Assembly (NCBI RefSeq): GCF_963921235.1
Contig: NC_086107.1
Location: forward strand, 94,552,001-94,616,000
Reading direction: 5' to 3'
DNA: 64,000 nt
From: Mobula hypostoma
Lineage: Eukaryota
This document shows positions 62,887 through 64,000 of the stretch, piece by piece (the first letter of the stretch is position 1; every line of letters starts with the position of its first letter). A program made the translations under genes and the position numbers. Below the pieces are notes generated by a model that was not told the DNA's origin, did not search any database, and saw only the letters and a program-made list of their open reading frames with translations.

Positions 62887-63034
62887 TATCTTGTGTCCCT
62901 CATGGTTTATACTCCTCTATAGGATCAGCCCTCATTCTACTCCTGATGACTTCACCAGAAAAAGAAAGACTTGAGTTTGAGTTTCCTGGCCTGTGAGTTT
63001 CAAGGTGATTTACAGCCATTGGCAAGCGCCCAGC

Positions 63035-63072
<38 letters not shown>

Positions 63073-63494
63073 GGGAGAGGACAATAGCTGTGTAATGAGT
63101 CCTGACAGGCAGTCCATCCATCACCCTAAACGTTTCCTTCCTGCCCTCTGTGCCAGCCACAAAGCACGCTGTGTTATAGCCTGAGGTTACTGCAAGGCGG
63201 CCTTGCAAACCCACGAACTTAACCACCATGGTCAAGGGCAGTGTGCACAGGGGAAGCCAGAGAGTTGTAATGCTCAGCCAGCACAACACTGGAGGACATC
63301 TCCAAGAGGCAGTACCTCAGGAAGGCAGCACCCATAACTAAAGACCCTACCATCTGAGACAAGCCTTTTCTCATTACAATCATTGGGGCGCAGGAGCATG
63401 AAGACCCACATCCAACAATTGATCAACAGCTTATTCCTGGTCACCGTGAATGGTCCATGAACCCATGACCAGATACTTCGTTATTCCTCTCATT

Positions 63495-63860
63495 TGACAG
63501 AGGTGCGTAAGATGATCATAGGCATAGATAGAATGGACAGCCAGCACCTTTTATCCCAGGGCAGCAATATCGAACATGAGAGGATGTAATTCTAAGGTGA
63601 TTGGAGGAAAGCGTAGGGCGGACATCAGAGGTAGGTTTTTTTACAGAGGGAGTGGTGGGTGCATGGAACACCTTGCAGGTGTAGTGGCAGAGGCAGATAC
63701 ATTAGGATCATTTAAGAGACTTCTCGATAGACACGTGGATCAAAGTGAAAGTGAAGGCTATGTAGGAGGGTTAGATAGATCTTAGAGAAGGTTAAAAGGT
63801 CAGCTCAATGTCCATGAGCAAAGGATTGTACTATAGGGCTCTTTGTTCAATGTTCTATTT
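63495..63860 (+). mobile_element. CR1 3' fragment
   Basis: GIDRMD..RGRFF..VAEADTLGSFKRLLDRHV motifs. Confidence 0.8.
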
Positions 63861-64000
63861 ATGCATTTTTGTAATTTATAGTAACTTCCATGTCTTTGCA
63901 CTGTACTGCTGCCGCAAAACAATAAATTAACGTCATCTAAGCCAGTGAATAAACTTGATCCTTCCTGGTTCTGATTCCTGCAACCTGACCAGGAAGTGTT

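Overview
This is eukaryotic, repeat-dense vertebrate DNA. The repeat landscape (CR1, Rex1/Babar-like and RTE LINEs, V-SINE/HE1-like tRNA SINEs, Penelope-like elements, hAT and Tc1 MITEs) suggests a cartilaginous fish, probably a ray; this is an inference. No intact protein-coding gene is recognisable, and the long ORFs are retroelement remnants or antisense shadows of them. Host features are two CpG-rich promoters (about 12.2-12.55 kb and 25.3-26.4 kb) and a short spliced minus-strand non-coding gene (about 26.05 to 22.84 kb) whose intron carries a C/D snoRNA matching the SNORD88 family. Highlights: (1) a 488-bp retro-insertion with a perfect 13-bp TSD, in which a ZFTRAF1/CYHR1-like exon fragment (KLEERLYSVL) is fused in frame to an RTE-type 3' end; (2) about 20 copies of a minimal hammerhead-ribozyme motif in Penelope-like repeats, several in fold-back form; (3) the SNORD88-like RNA with a second rRNA-pairing loop and a predicted 6-nt micro-exon after it; (4) nested CR1 insertions; (5) a local duplication with a filled/empty insertion site and a possible conversion tract. 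Family and homologue assignments come from recalled motifs, not database searches, and repeat boundaries without TSDs are approximate.
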